From positions 883-64,882 of the IMG/VR virus record IMGVR_UViG_3300022752_000002: 64,000 bases of DNA; one strand, written 5' to 3'. The notes under the pieces are model-generated. The model ran no database searches. It was given only the letters and a program-made list of their open reading frames with translations, and had not been told where the DNA came from. Below are positions 19,100-27,020 of this stretch, piece by piece. Source of the stretch: a virus (lineage: Duplodnaviria > Caudoviricetes). Position numbers and translations under genes: made by a program. Each line of letters opens with the position of its first letter. The first letter of the stretch is position 1.

Positions 19100-19696
19100 T
19101 TAGTCGGTGAGGAGCCGTGCCTTCGCCCAATACCGACACTCGTTCTGGTCGTATTTGCGGGGGTAGGGGGATTGCTGGTGTTTGGCGACAAACCCCTCCC
19201 AAATCACCTCGCAACGGCGTTCATTGACCTCCCGCATATCTTCAAGGATGAGCCGTGCCTGTGCCTGTGAGTAGGATGGGAATCGAAGGATTGAGTTTGT
19301 TGGAATATCGTCCAGCGGAACCTCGCATAGCTCGTTGAGCAACTGCCTTCGCTCCGAATAGGGCAGGGGAGAGTCCATCAAGTCCATTACCACCACCGAC
19401 CCCTTACCGGCCTTGGTGCGTCTGCCAAGGAACTCGCAGTCCAGCATACCGAGACCGGCAATGGCGGGGGTGCTTGCGACAATGTCCAGAATGTGACCCG
19501 ACTCGGAGAAGGTTGTTCCGTGCCGTGAAATCACCCTGCCTTTTTCGGCATCCACGACACACCTCCATCCGTTTATCTTCGGCTCAAATGCCCAATCGGA
19601 GAATGACTCCAAGGCTAGGGCGGTGACGCAGGGGTAGGGTCGAAGGGGTAGCCTCGGAGACCTACTTACAAGCGTGGTGGGAGCCTCAACTGACAT
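19100..19696 (-). CDS. ATP-dependent ligase-like nucleotidyltransferase, adenylation domain only
   Basis: EPKINGWR (motif I), LDCE (III), VMDL (IIIa), EGFVAK (IV), WAKAR (V); no OB domain. Confidence 0.78.
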   Translation of the reverse strand: MSVEAPTTLVSRSPRLPLRPYPCVTALALESFSDWAFEPKINGWRCVVDAEKGRVISRHGTTFSESGHILDIVASTPAIAGLGMLDCEFLGRRTKAGKGSVVVMDLMDSPLPYSERRQLLNELCEVPLDDIPTNSILRFPSYSQAQARLILEDMREVNERRCEVIWEGFVAKHQQSPYPRKYDQNECRYWAKARLLTD

Positions 19697-20276
19697 AGAT
19701 TCGTGCGGGACAAACTCCCTGCAACTGAATGTTTTGTTCGGGCTTGAGGATTCTGTGACGCTCAAGGTGAAACTGCTCGGTGGGTTGGTAGCCCCGCTTG
19801 ATCGTCACGGCGGACGAACTGCGGTGCTTCTCGACCAACGCCCGAAGCTCCGAGACAAACTCACCGGCTGTTTCGGGATTCAGCTTTGAGCCGTCAATCT
19901 TGAAGTCGAAGCTCTGCTGAAAGGCCGTCTCAAACACCGGCTTGGGGACAATCATCAGAACTTCCTCTGGCGAGACCGAGGGATACATCCGAGCCATTGT
20001 GATCTTGGCGGTGCAATCATCACCCTGCATCTCGGCGGTGGAAGCGGGAAGCTCCCCACCCAAGGATCGGGCGTGGTTCATCCTCCAGAACTCTAATGCC
20101 GCCGCCTCCATCAAATCCTCCTTGGCTTTGCGAAGATCGGACTCGGCGTGGTCGAAGGCTTGTTTGGCCTTCACGAATGTCGTCACCGGCTTGGCATCGA
20201 CATTGAGCAGGGGTTTCGGTTCATTCTTGCGGGAAGGTTTGTGTTCGTTGAATCCGTCCAGATTTATTGTTTTCAT
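19686..20276 (-). CDS. Early hypothetical protein
   Basis: 196 aa; array motif at start. Confidence 0.7.
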   Translation of the reverse strand: MKTINLDGFNEHKPSRKNEPKPLLNVDAKPVTTFVKAKQAFDHAESDLRKAKEDLMEAAALEFWRMNHARSLGGELPASTAEMQGDDCTAKITMARMYPSVSPEEVLMIVPKPVFETAFQQSFDFKIDGSKLNPETAGEFVSELRALVEKHRSSSAVTIKRGYQPTEQFHLERHRILKPEQNIQLQGVCPARIYVS

Positions 20277-20283
20277 ATATCAA

Positions 20284-20664
20284 TTACCCAGCTTGTTCCA
20301 AGATGTCGGCCAGCTTTTCGACCAGCCAGCCTTTGGCCTCCTCCGCATTTTCGGTTGTCTTCTTTCCATAATGGTTCAAATAAAAAGTTCCGCTTTCAAT
20401 AGATAGCCTCCACCCAATATCGCCACCCCAATCCCAAAATCCAATGAAGTGGTCTGTGGCCTTATATTCCCAAACTTTCTTTATCGATCCTTCACGACTA
20501 TTTCTCAGCCTTGCCGGAAGATGCCTAACCTCATCGTATATCTTTTTGAGAGGAGAAAACTTAGCGGCATCCTCCTCGTCAATTCTCTGTTTTACGGCTT
20601 TGGCGTGATCCTCTGCCGCCTTGTTCATCGCCTGTTTCGATCTGATTAGTTCTAGTGCTGTCAT
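20284..20664 (-). CDS. Early hypothetical protein
   Basis: Array motif at start and at stop. Confidence 0.7.
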   Translation of the reverse strand: MTALELIRSKQAMNKAAEDHAKAVKQRIDEEDAAKFSPLKKIYDEVRHLPARLRNSREGSIKKVWEYKATDHFIGFWDWGGDIGWRLSIESGTFYLNHYGKKTTENAEEAKGWLVEKLADILEQAG

Positions 20665-20667
20665 ATA

Positions 20668-21351
20668 TCAATTAACCGCCGTGTTTTTGAACATCTTTTT
20701 CATTTGTTTCTCCAGCAACGCCTCTGCTCTTTTCACCATCCCCCGCCTAGCTTCAACGGCCTCGTTTTCCTCGTCTGGCGTGAAGTGGTCGGTGATTATG
20801 TTGTCGCTGTCGCCCTCGTCATACCATTCGTTGGTGATGACTTCGCCGGTCTCGTCAGCCATCTTTTGGAGGATGGGTTCGGGTGGAGACCAAGCCGTGC
20901 AGAATGTCACCGAGGAGCCGTCCTCCGACCAGTTTGTCCAGTAGGAGTTCCACTTGGTTCCCCAATTTTCAATGCACCATCCATACCAATCCTTGTGGCC
21001 GTATTTCTTGAGGTTTTGGATAGCTTTCTTGCCCTCGTTCAGCTCTTTTGGGGACAGCTTCTTTTTCTCGTGCTCATAAAGGGCTTCTGCCGTTGTGATT
21101 CCAAGCTCCTTGACCCAAGGCCAGTGAAGCCGGTCTTTGAAGTATGCCATATCCTTTTTAAGGACGGCGATAGCGGTGTCCACGCTTCCACCGGCGGTGA
21201 TGGCCAGAGACTTCGGCATCCTTTTGACATAATCAAAATTGATGTTGAAGTTGCCCTCGTCATCGGCTTTTTCGGAGATGTAGGGTTTCAATACCTCACG
21301 GATGTTTCGTCCGCTTTGGAGTGTCAGTAGGTTTGTGATGTGGTTAGGCAT
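20668..21351 (-). CDS. DUF1281/YubB ferredoxin-like protein
   Basis: MPNHITN, DWYGWCIENWGTKWN, FCTAWSPP. Confidence 0.8.
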   Translation of the reverse strand: MPNHITNLLTLQSGRNIREVLKPYISEKADDEGNFNINFDYVKRMPKSLAITAGGSVDTAIAVLKKDMAYFKDRLHWPWVKELGITTAEALYEHEKKKLSPKELNEGKKAIQNLKKYGHKDWYGWCIENWGTKWNSYWTNWSEDGSSVTFCTAWSPPEPILQKMADETGEVITNEWYDEGDSDNIITDHFTPDEENEAVEARRGMVKRAEALLEKQMKKMFKNTAVN

Positions 21352-21354
21352 AGC

Positions 21355-21729
21355 TCAATTACCCTTCTTGTTTTCCTGTTCGGCAAACCTTGGGACGCCA
21401 AGCCCGACCCAGCCGTAGTTTTTCCGGTCGATTGAGCCTGCGATCATATAAATGTCGTGCATGAAGCTGAAGCTGTCCTTGGTTTCAGCCATTTCTTTGA
21501 GGCGAAGCCGGTGGTGCTTTACATGGCAAACCTCCAAGTCCATCGCCAAGTCTATTGTCCCCCTGTCGTGGAGGCGGGGAGGGAACTCGGTTCCGTCCGA
21601 TAAGAACTTGTCCCTCTCGCAAGCCCTCTTGGCGATTTCGTGAATCAGTTTTGTCTCGGAAAGGGTAAGGCTACCCCAATCAAAGAACCCGTCACCCTTC
21701 AGCGTTTTTCCCTGTTTTCGTTTTTTCAT
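21355..21729 (-). CDS. DUF6874-like protein
   Basis: MDLEVCH, LRLKEM, FMHDIYMI, IDR, PRF. Confidence 0.6.
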   Translation of the reverse strand: MKKRKQGKTLKGDGFFDWGSLTLSETKLIHEIAKRACERDKFLSDGTEFPPRLHDRGTIDLAMDLEVCHVKHHRLRLKEMAETKDSFSFMHDIYMIAGSIDRKNYGWVGLGVPRFAEQENKKGN

Positions 21730-21938
21730 ATCATAATTAGCTTTCTTGTTTTTTTGCCGTCCGAGGCGATTTGGTAAGACATGGAAATCGAATCCTCCAT
21801 TTCTTTCCCGCTTACATACGCTTCGATTGTTGCCTTGTTGCGTCCACGACCAAGGATGCGGAAGGCAATCCCATTGACCTCAATCCAAGCAGCCCCGTCC
21901 TTTAGTAGATAGTCTCCGTCCCTAATGCGGTTTTTCAT
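21726..21938 (-). CDS. Early hypothetical protein
   Basis: MKNRIRDGDY; ATGA-coupled. Confidence 0.55.
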   Translation of the reverse strand: MKNRIRDGDYLLKDGAAWIEVNGIAFRILGRGRNKATIEAYVSGKEMEDSISMSYQIASDGKKTRKLIMI

Positions 21939-22171
21939 ACAATGTCCAAGTGACCGGCTCCGTTGCCCTCCGGATCGCACATAATCCAAGCGGTCTTGAT
22001 CTTTCCGCTTTTGGTGCGGAATACCAAACCATACTCCTCATCGCTGGTGTGGCCGGTGTCCGTGTTTCTTGCTATGTCCACGCAAACGGCTCCTTTGAGT
22101 TGTTTGAGGTGTTCAAAGCCCCAGTCCTTGGATTGTGGCTCCTCTGATAATAGTGTGATGCCTTTAGTCAT
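21935..22171 (-). CDS. Early hypothetical protein
   Basis: MTKGITL...DPEGNGAGHL; ATGA-coupled. Confidence 0.6.
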   Translation of the reverse strand: MTKGITLLSEEPQSKDWGFEHLKQLKGAVCVDIARNTDTGHTSDEEYGLVFRTKSGKIKTAWIMCDPEGNGAGHLDIV

Positions 22172-22407
22172 ACCTTCCCCTCCATCATTTCCTTGTAGAG
22201 TTGTTCTGGAGTGGGCTTCAAAACCCATCCGTCCCAAACCTCGATGGCTTTTTTTTCTTGGATTCCACCGACATACGGAATCCTTGTGGTGTCAATCGGC
22301 CAAACCCCCGCCTTCTTGGCCTTTTCGATGGCCTCTTCGGGGCTGTTGGCCTTGACGACCTTATACCTCCACCGCTTTTCCCATCCTTCGACTTTGTATG
22401 TTTTCAC
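22168..22407 (-). CDS. Early hypothetical protein
   Basis: GTG start at motif spacing; VKANSPEEAIEKA. Confidence 0.65.
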   Translation of the reverse strand: MKTYKVEGWEKRWRYKVVKANSPEEAIEKAKKAGVWPIDTTRIPYVGGIQEKKAIEVWDGWVLKPTPEQLYKEMMEGKV

Positions 22408-22414
22408 GCCTCAA

Positions 22415-22564
22415 TTACCCCCGATGTTTCAGTCGCCTCAAGGTAGGACAAAATCGCATCCCTTGGGCTGAACCCCATTCCCACGGGCTCGCAGGGCTCC
22501 CGCCGTAATTATCATCGGTGCAAACCCACTGCCCCATGCAGATGTATTCTATGTCTAGCCTCAT
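22415..22564 (-). CDS. Small early protein
   Basis: MRLDIEYICMG; motif at start and stop. Confidence 0.5.
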   Translation of the reverse strand: MRLDIEYICMGQWVCTDDNYGGSPASPWEWGSAQGMRFCPTLRRLKHRG

Positions 22565-23127
22565 ACCCCAACTACCCGCCGTGTTCTGCGGCCTCTTGAG
22601 GCATAAATCTGGGCAACTTGGGACCAATCCGATATTTCTCCGAAGCAATGAAAGAATCTTGCCCTCTCGGCTCTCTCGTGCTCTTGAATGGCCTGATGTT
22701 CCGGAGGGGTCATGTCAATAGCCCTCAAAAACACCAACCCATCGTTCTCTTCCTCAAACAAATCCTGATAAGAAAACCCGTAATGAGTTAACGCCCATTC
22801 AACTTCCTGAGTTATTTCTCCCGTGAGCCAATTTCGATCAAGCGGCGGGAGGAGCTTGGCGACCCAAGCGGGCGATGGGCTGTCCCAGTCATCCGTCATT
22901 ACTTTGGACTCCTCATGCATCAATACGGCGTGGCAACCTCCCGCATATACCGAATCCCTGTGCTCTCCCGGCCCCCAAAAATCAATAAGTGGATTAACCC
23001 TTCTAACAATGCATGATCCGATTTCGCACAATCCGCCGGCAGCGGGACGCCAGTCGCCCCAGCCTTCGATGTGGTCTTGAAGCTCCTCCTCCGCTTCCGC
23101 TTTTGCAAAAAGGTCTAATTGATTCAT
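22561..23127 (-). CDS. Early hypothetical protein
   Basis: 188 aa; array motif at start. Confidence 0.65.
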   Translation of the reverse strand: MNQLDLFAKAEAEEELQDHIEGWGDWRPAAGGLCEIGSCIVRRVNPLIDFWGPGEHRDSVYAGGCHAVLMHEESKVMTDDWDSPSPAWVAKLLPPLDRNWLTGEITQEVEWALTHYGFSYQDLFEEENDGLVFLRAIDMTPPEHQAIQEHERAERARFFHCFGEISDWSQVAQIYASRGRRTRRVVGV

Positions 23128-23155
23128 GGATCAATTACCCCTTGTGTTTTTGGGG

Positions 23156-23335
23156 CTATTTAAGCGTCTTGCCTATCGAGGGGTGGCCGTGAACCCGATC
23201 TATGATGGCTCTGACCACGGCTCCGTTGATAGCCTCTAGGAACTCACCGCTGATGCGGGTGAATTTGCCGTTCCTTCGTTCTTTGCTGAGGTGAAGGGCA
23301 TATTTTTTGACTTGGGCTTTGTTGATGAGGCTCAT
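23156..23335 (-). CDS. Histone-fold-like small basic protein (59 aa, not in ORF track)
   Basis: MSLINKAQVKKYALHLSKERRNGKFTRISGEFLEAINGAVVRAIIDRVHGHPSIGKTLK: alpha1, RIS loop 1, long alpha2, KTL loop 2; motif at start. Confidence 0.65.
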   Translation of the reverse strand: MSLINKAQVKKYALHLSKERRNGKFTRISGEFLEAINGAVVRAIIDRVHGHPSIGKTLK

Positions 23336-23586
23336 GCCTTAACTATTCGCCTTGTTTCTGCGTCTTTGCTGTGAAAGGTGTGGGCTCGGCAGTTATCGGC
23401 AACCCCGACCACCGCAACCTTCAATCCGTTTCGCTCCACGACATGAATGTCCCTATTCCAGCATCCATCCCAGTAGATTTTGTGGCCTTTTTCAAAATTC
23501 TCGTCCCCAAACCATACAGCAAACCCAACATAGACTTCCTTGTCCTTAATTTTGCCCAACTGCTTGATTAGGTCTTTTATTTTCAT
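23332..23586 (-). CDS. Early hypothetical protein
   Basis: MKIKDLIKQL; array motif. Confidence 0.65.
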   Translation of the reverse strand: MKIKDLIKQLGKIKDKEVYVGFAVWFGDENFEKGHKIYWDGCWNRDIHVVERNGLKVAVVGVADNCRAHTFHSKDAETRRIVKA

Positions 23587-23607
23587 GCCCCAATTACCCG
23601 CCTTGTT

Positions 23608-23910
23608 TTATTTGTGGATAATGGTGACCAGCTGTGAGGCCTTGAGCAGGGGAAGCAGGGCATCGGCCTCGCCACCCTTGCCAACAATCACCCCACGGCC
23701 ACCGAAGGTGAAGTTGCCGATCTGAAACCTACCGCTGAACTTGGGGCTCTTCTGTATATTCCACTCCTCGTTGACGAAGAGGGTGTCCCTTTGGATGGGG
23801 TAGGCCTCGATGTAGCCACCGACCAGCTCCTGAAGCTTCTCAAGGGTCGGCTCGACATCGATCTCGGATATCGCCGGCGTTGCGGAGGGGTCAATAAGGA
23901 TGGCTCTCAT
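23608..23910 (-). CDS. DUF3846-like protein
   Basis: MRAILIDP, LEKLQELVGGYIE, LFVNEE, GRGVIVG. Confidence 0.75.
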   Translation of the reverse strand: MRAILIDPSATPAISEIDVEPTLEKLQELVGGYIEAYPIQRDTLFVNEEWNIQKSPKFSGRFQIGNFTFGGRGVIVGKGGEADALLPLLKASQLVTIIHK

Positions 23911-24008
23911 TTGAAGGCTAGGGTTGTGAGTCCCACCAGAAATCCAAGCACAAGGCCGGTGGTGTAGCACCAAAAACCGATTTTTTCCTCAAGCTCCTTT
24001 GTGGTCAT
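23907..24008 (-). CDS. 33-aa membrane peptide (not in ORF track)
   Basis: MTTKELEEKIGFWCYTTGLVLGFLVGLTTLAFK; ATGA overlaps on both sides. Confidence 0.55.
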   Translation of the reverse strand: MTTKELEEKIGFWCYTTGLVLGFLVGLTTLAFK

Positions 24009-24106
24009 AGAATGGCCCTCAGGAGTGCGATGATGAATGCGGTGACACCAAAGCCCACCGCAAAGCCCAAGTTGAAGACTAGGAAGTATATTGGCAGTAG
24101 AATCAT
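24005..24106 (-). CDS. 33-aa membrane peptide (not in ORF track)
   Basis: MILLPIYFLVFNLGFAVGFGVTAFIIALLRAIL; array motif at start. Confidence 0.6.
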   Translation of the reverse strand: MILLPIYFLVFNLGFAVGFGVTAFIIALLRAIL

Positions 24107-24109
24107 GAC

Positions 24110-24406
24110 CTAATTACCCGCCGTGTTTTCAGCCAGCTCTAGGTTCTCGGCCTCGGCGGGTGGCTCAATCTCGCGGAATCGCCATTCGGCAAAGCCACGC
24201 TCGGGGTGAGGGGGTTTCTGGGAGCAGGGGTTCTCCATTCCGTCCAGATAGACCACGATCTCCCCCGGTTCGCCCTTGTGGGATATTCCCACGCCCATGC
24301 CACGGACGACATAGACCCTGTCCTTGAGGGGAAGGGAGTTGTAGTAAATAAGGATCTCGGGAGGGAAGCGGTCATCCACACACACAACCTTGCTGCCGGC
24401 CCTCAT
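24110..24406 (-). CDS. Hypothetical protein
   Basis: MRAGSKVVCVDD...GFAEWRFRE; ATGA-coupled. Confidence 0.65.
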   Translation of the reverse strand: MRAGSKVVCVDDRFPPEILIYYNSLPLKDRVYVVRGMGVGISHKGEPGEIVVYLDGMENPCSQKPPHPERGFAEWRFREIEPPAEAENLELAENTAGN

Positions 24407-24600
24407 GGCTTCCTCCAAATAACTTCGTCCTTGTCCAGCTCGCACGACCACCGCATGAGGCGGCTGTAAGCCCTGTATCCATAGCCCCAACGGAGCAGGG
24501 TATGGCTGATAAGGTCGCCGGCCCCATAGCAGAGCCAAGCCGACCCCAGCCTCAAAAGGCCTTTAATTCGGCTCTCTTTGTGCTTTCGATGGTTCGCCAT
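24403..24600 (-). CDS. Small hypothetical protein
   Basis: Coupled to the downstream ORF; start uncertain. Confidence 0.45.
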   Translation of the reverse strand: MANHRKHKESRIKGLLRLGSAWLCYGAGDLISHTLLRWGYGYRAYSRLMRWSCELDKDEVIWRKP

Positions 24601-24899
24601 ATCTCAATCTGGTTCTGTGCGGCCGTCATCAGGGCCTTGATCTTTTCCTCGGCAAAAACGGCCTCCTTGTGGGCCTTGAGGAGCTCCAAAAACTCGGGGT
24701 GGGCAAGGGCTTCGCGCTCCTGTGCGGCCAAGGCCCCGTGCGTCTTGGAGAGCTCCTGCATGAGCGTGGCCTTCTTGCTCTTTAGAAACTGCTCGATGTA
24801 GGCCCTCTCGGCTTTGGCGTTAGCCAGCTTTTCGGCATTGTCCCGCATCCAAGCCAAAGCCTTGAGCGGGTCGGGGGCATCGTTGATTTCGTAGCTCAT
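24552..24899 (-). CDS. Coiled-coil phage protein
   Basis: AKAERAYIEQFLKSKKA, AAQEREALAHPEF, IEIWRT. Confidence 0.6.
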   Translation of the reverse strand: MSYEINDAPDPLKALAWMRDNAEKLANAKAERAYIEQFLKSKKATLMQELSKTHGALAAQEREALAHPEFLELLKAHKEAVFAEEKIKALMTAAQNQIEIWRTIESTKRAELKAF

Positions 24900-24901
24900 T
24901 T

Positions 24902-25099
24902 TTACTCCTTGTCGGCAATTCTAATATCGCCATCAATTTCGTATCCGGCTCCTCTTAAAAAATTCCTGATCTCCGGTAAAACCTCGTCCAAACATACGGC
25001 CGAGAATTCGTGCGTAATTCTGGCCTGCGAAGACTTGGAAATGTTTGATGCCTCAAGATCGTCCAAGCAATACTCAAAGATTAGGGTGAATTTATTCAT
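24902..25099 (-). CDS. Small hypothetical protein
   Basis: ITHEFSA, FLRGAGY pattern. Confidence 0.55.
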   Translation of the reverse strand: MNKFTLIFEYCLDDLEASNISKSSQARITHEFSAVCLDEVLPEIRNFLRGAGYEIDGDIRIADKE

Positions 25100-25443
25100 T
25101 TTATTGGTTGGTCGCACCTGACCCAAGCAAAGCCCGACCCCTTCATAATGTTGTTCCTCTCAAATGAGGTTGCGTAGGTCATCATGGAAAACTTCAAGAT
25201 GTTCCTGTCCGCATCTACCAAGGCGAAACTCAATTCGGGACAAAACTCCTGCTTCCATAGCCGGCTGGCCTTGGTGGAGCGTTTGTCGTTTCTGCGGACG
25301 GCCTCCATCATCCCGCGCTTTGGCCTTCCTGCGGAAGCCAGCGACAGCCTTGCCGTGATGGCCGAGGCGATAATGTTGTAGTCGGTGCCGGTTGGTCCGG
25401 TTGACCCACGGCTAACCCGAGACATGTGTCTTCGCTGGTTCAT
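25096..25443 (-). CDS. Hypothetical protein
   Basis: Fills the operon gap; start uncertain. Confidence 0.45.
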   Translation of the reverse strand: MNQRRHMSRVSRGSTGPTGTDYNIIASAITARLSLASAGRPKRGMMEAVRRNDKRSTKASRLWKQEFCPELSFALVDADRNILKFSMMTYATSFERNNIMKGSGFAWVRCDQPIK

Positions 25444-25444
25444 T

Positions 25445-25747
25445 TTAGGCGGGAAGGATGTAGCCTTTTTGTCTGGCCCACCTTCCATTGGCGTGGATTT
25501 CGGCGTGACAGCCTTGGCAGATCGCCATGAAGAACTCCTCGGCGTTGAGCCGCCAAGCGATTCTTCCCCGTTTGTGATGGATCTGGGTGGCCTTCCTCCC
25601 GCAAAGCCGGCAGTAGGGAAAGCGTTTTAAGTAGGAAACACGCAATTTTCTGTAGTGATCCAGCTGGCCCTTTCGCTTCTGGGTAAAAGGACGAAGCCTC
25701 CCAGACCGCTTGAGCGGAGTTTTGCGCCTTAGCCAGCATCGCTTCAC
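25445..25747 (-). CDS. HNH-like Zn-binding endonuclease
   Basis: CRLC, QIHHKRGR, AICQGCHAEIH. Confidence 0.75.
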   Translation of the reverse strand: MKRCWLRRKTPLKRSGRLRPFTQKRKGQLDHYRKLRVSYLKRFPYCRLCGRKATQIHHKRGRIAWRLNAEEFFMAICQGCHAEIHANGRWARQKGYILPA

Positions 25748-26112
25748 CCAGCCGAAGCCCTCTTGAGGAGATCGTAATATTCATTACGCATGTCGCTTCC
25801 GTGCTTCCGCATTTCAGCAAGGAACTTTGGCTCGTTGCGGATCGCGGGAGTCTCGGCCATCGTGACGTTTGACATCAGGCTCGACCAGCGGGTCAGGCCC
25901 TTTCTGGTGCTGGTGGAGATGGACAGGAAGAAGAGGAGGTAGGCTACCTCTGTCGCCACGGCCTTGGTGGCCGGGTTTTCATCGTCAGAGTCTCCAAGAA
26001 CCTTCTCCATAATTGCCAGAAGAAGGCAGGAGGCATCGGTGGGGCTCTTGTCCCCGACCCTTTGTTTGATGTAACGGCAGGCTATATCGACTATTTCGTG
26101 GTTTGGCTTCAT
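25744..26112 (-). CDS. First gene of the leftward early array, hypothetical
   Basis: Motif places the start at MKPNHEIV (26112). Confidence 0.65.
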   Translation of the reverse strand: MKPNHEIVDIACRYIKQRVGDKSPTDASCLLLAIMEKVLGDSDDENPATKAVATEVAYLLFFLSISTSTRKGLTRWSSLMSNVTMAETPAIRNEPKFLAEMRKHGSDMRNEYYDLLKRASAG

Positions 26113-26297
26113 GGCCGAATTACCCGCCGTGTTTTTCACTAGAATTCGGGTACTTGTGGCGGTGGGGTGGGCAAGAACAATTTTAGGTGATCACAATTTG
26201 TGACCCCCAAAGGGCGATTCTTCTTGCGGACCAAAACAGGGCGGGTATTTGACCCGTGGCCATGTTCCTTTTTGAGACCTCCATAAACGTGCGGAAG

Positions 26298-26741
26298 ATG
26301 AAGAAAGACCATCCGCACACCTACAAACACATCCTCAGGCTTGATCCCACCGACTTCATGGGGTGCTGGGTCAACCTCAGGGGAGGGGAGGAGCCCCAAG
26401 AGTGGGTTGCCCTGTTACGCTTCTACAGGAACGGAGGAGGGGTGCTTGGAGATGGCGGATACTGTGCCCACGGATACTTGTGGTGCCGGTGTCAGTCCGC
26501 CGGCGAGCTTTACAGGGCTTGGGGTTTCTCGGTGCGGCCGAGCTTTGAGTTTAAGAGGCTGAAGAACGCTCCGGGCAGGGGGCTGGAATGGCAGTTGCGG
26601 GGATCGGCGGACACGCTGGACGAGCTATTGGGCGGGCTATCGGAGAAGATAGCGGCAGCCAAAATGGGTGTATCAAGAGAATTTGGGACACTAAAAGAAA
26701 ACGCACGAAGAGCCCAGTTAGCAAAGCCCGGGCTGAACTAA
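26298..26741 (+). CDS. Hypothetical protein
   Basis: MKKDHPHTY; divergent from the early array. Confidence 0.5.
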   Translation: MKKDHPHTYKHILRLDPTDFMGCWVNLRGGEEPQEWVALLRFYRNGGGVLGDGGYCAHGYLWCRCQSAGELYRAWGFSVRPSFEFKRLKNAPGRGLEWQLRGSADTLDELLGGLSEKIAAAKMGVSREFGTLKENARRAQLAKPGLN

Positions 26742-26868
26742 GCTTCTTAATCAGCAGGGTTGAGAGCTTTAGCCCCTTCTTAGAGGCTTCCTTTATCAGC
26801 TTGGCCTTCAGGGCCTTTTTTATCCAAAAGCCGATGAAGACTTTGTCTTTATGCCGATGATTGGGCAT
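26551..26868 (-). CDS. Ribbon-helix-helix (Arc/CopG-like) regulator
   Basis: VFIGFWI beta strand, then KKALKAKLIKEASKKGLKLSTLLIKKL; C-terminal extension overlaps the plus-strand ORF. Confidence 0.5.
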   Translation of the reverse strand: MPNHRHKDKVFIGFWIKKALKAKLIKEASKKGLKLSTLLIKKLSSARALLTGLFVRFLLVSQILLIHPFWLPLSSPIARPIARPACPPIPATAIPAPCPERSSAS

Positions 26869-26911
26869 TGGGCGGGTATGCATTAACCCTGCGCGCAAGC
26901 TAGGACAAAAG

Positions 26912-27020
26912 GGTGTTAAACACCTGATTTATAATACATTACAAAATAGTATCCTATTGTCTACCTTAATTTTTATGTGGTAGTTAGTATAAATTTTTTG
27001 TGGTGTTAACCACCCGATTT
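26912..27020. promoter_or_regulatory. Two operator-like palindromes flanking an AT-rich divergent promoter region
   Basis: GGTGTTAAACACCTGATTT (26912) and GGTGTTAACCACCCGATTT (27002); TATAAT and TATAAA between them. Confidence 0.5.

Larger units (their letters stand above)
12022..26135 (-). promoter_or_regulatory. Array of 25 start-associated motifs AAAACA-N4-GG(G/A)TAATT-N5-ATG (putative leaderless phage promoters)
   Basis: Copies directly precede starts at 12021, 13412, 13829, 14050, 14357, 14652, 15153, 15358, 15770, 16271, 16793, 17860, 18903, 19077, 20276, 20664, 21351, 21729, 22407 (GTG), 22564, 23127, 23335, 23586, 24106 and 26112. Spacing is invariant. The motif is seen directly; promoter function is inferred. 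Confidence 0.8.

Noticed and set aside
12022-26135. Repeated motif as a CRISPR array or classical attC sites
   Set aside because: Copies are degenerate, separated by whole genes of variable length and lack attC hairpins; no cas operon or tyrosine integron integrase
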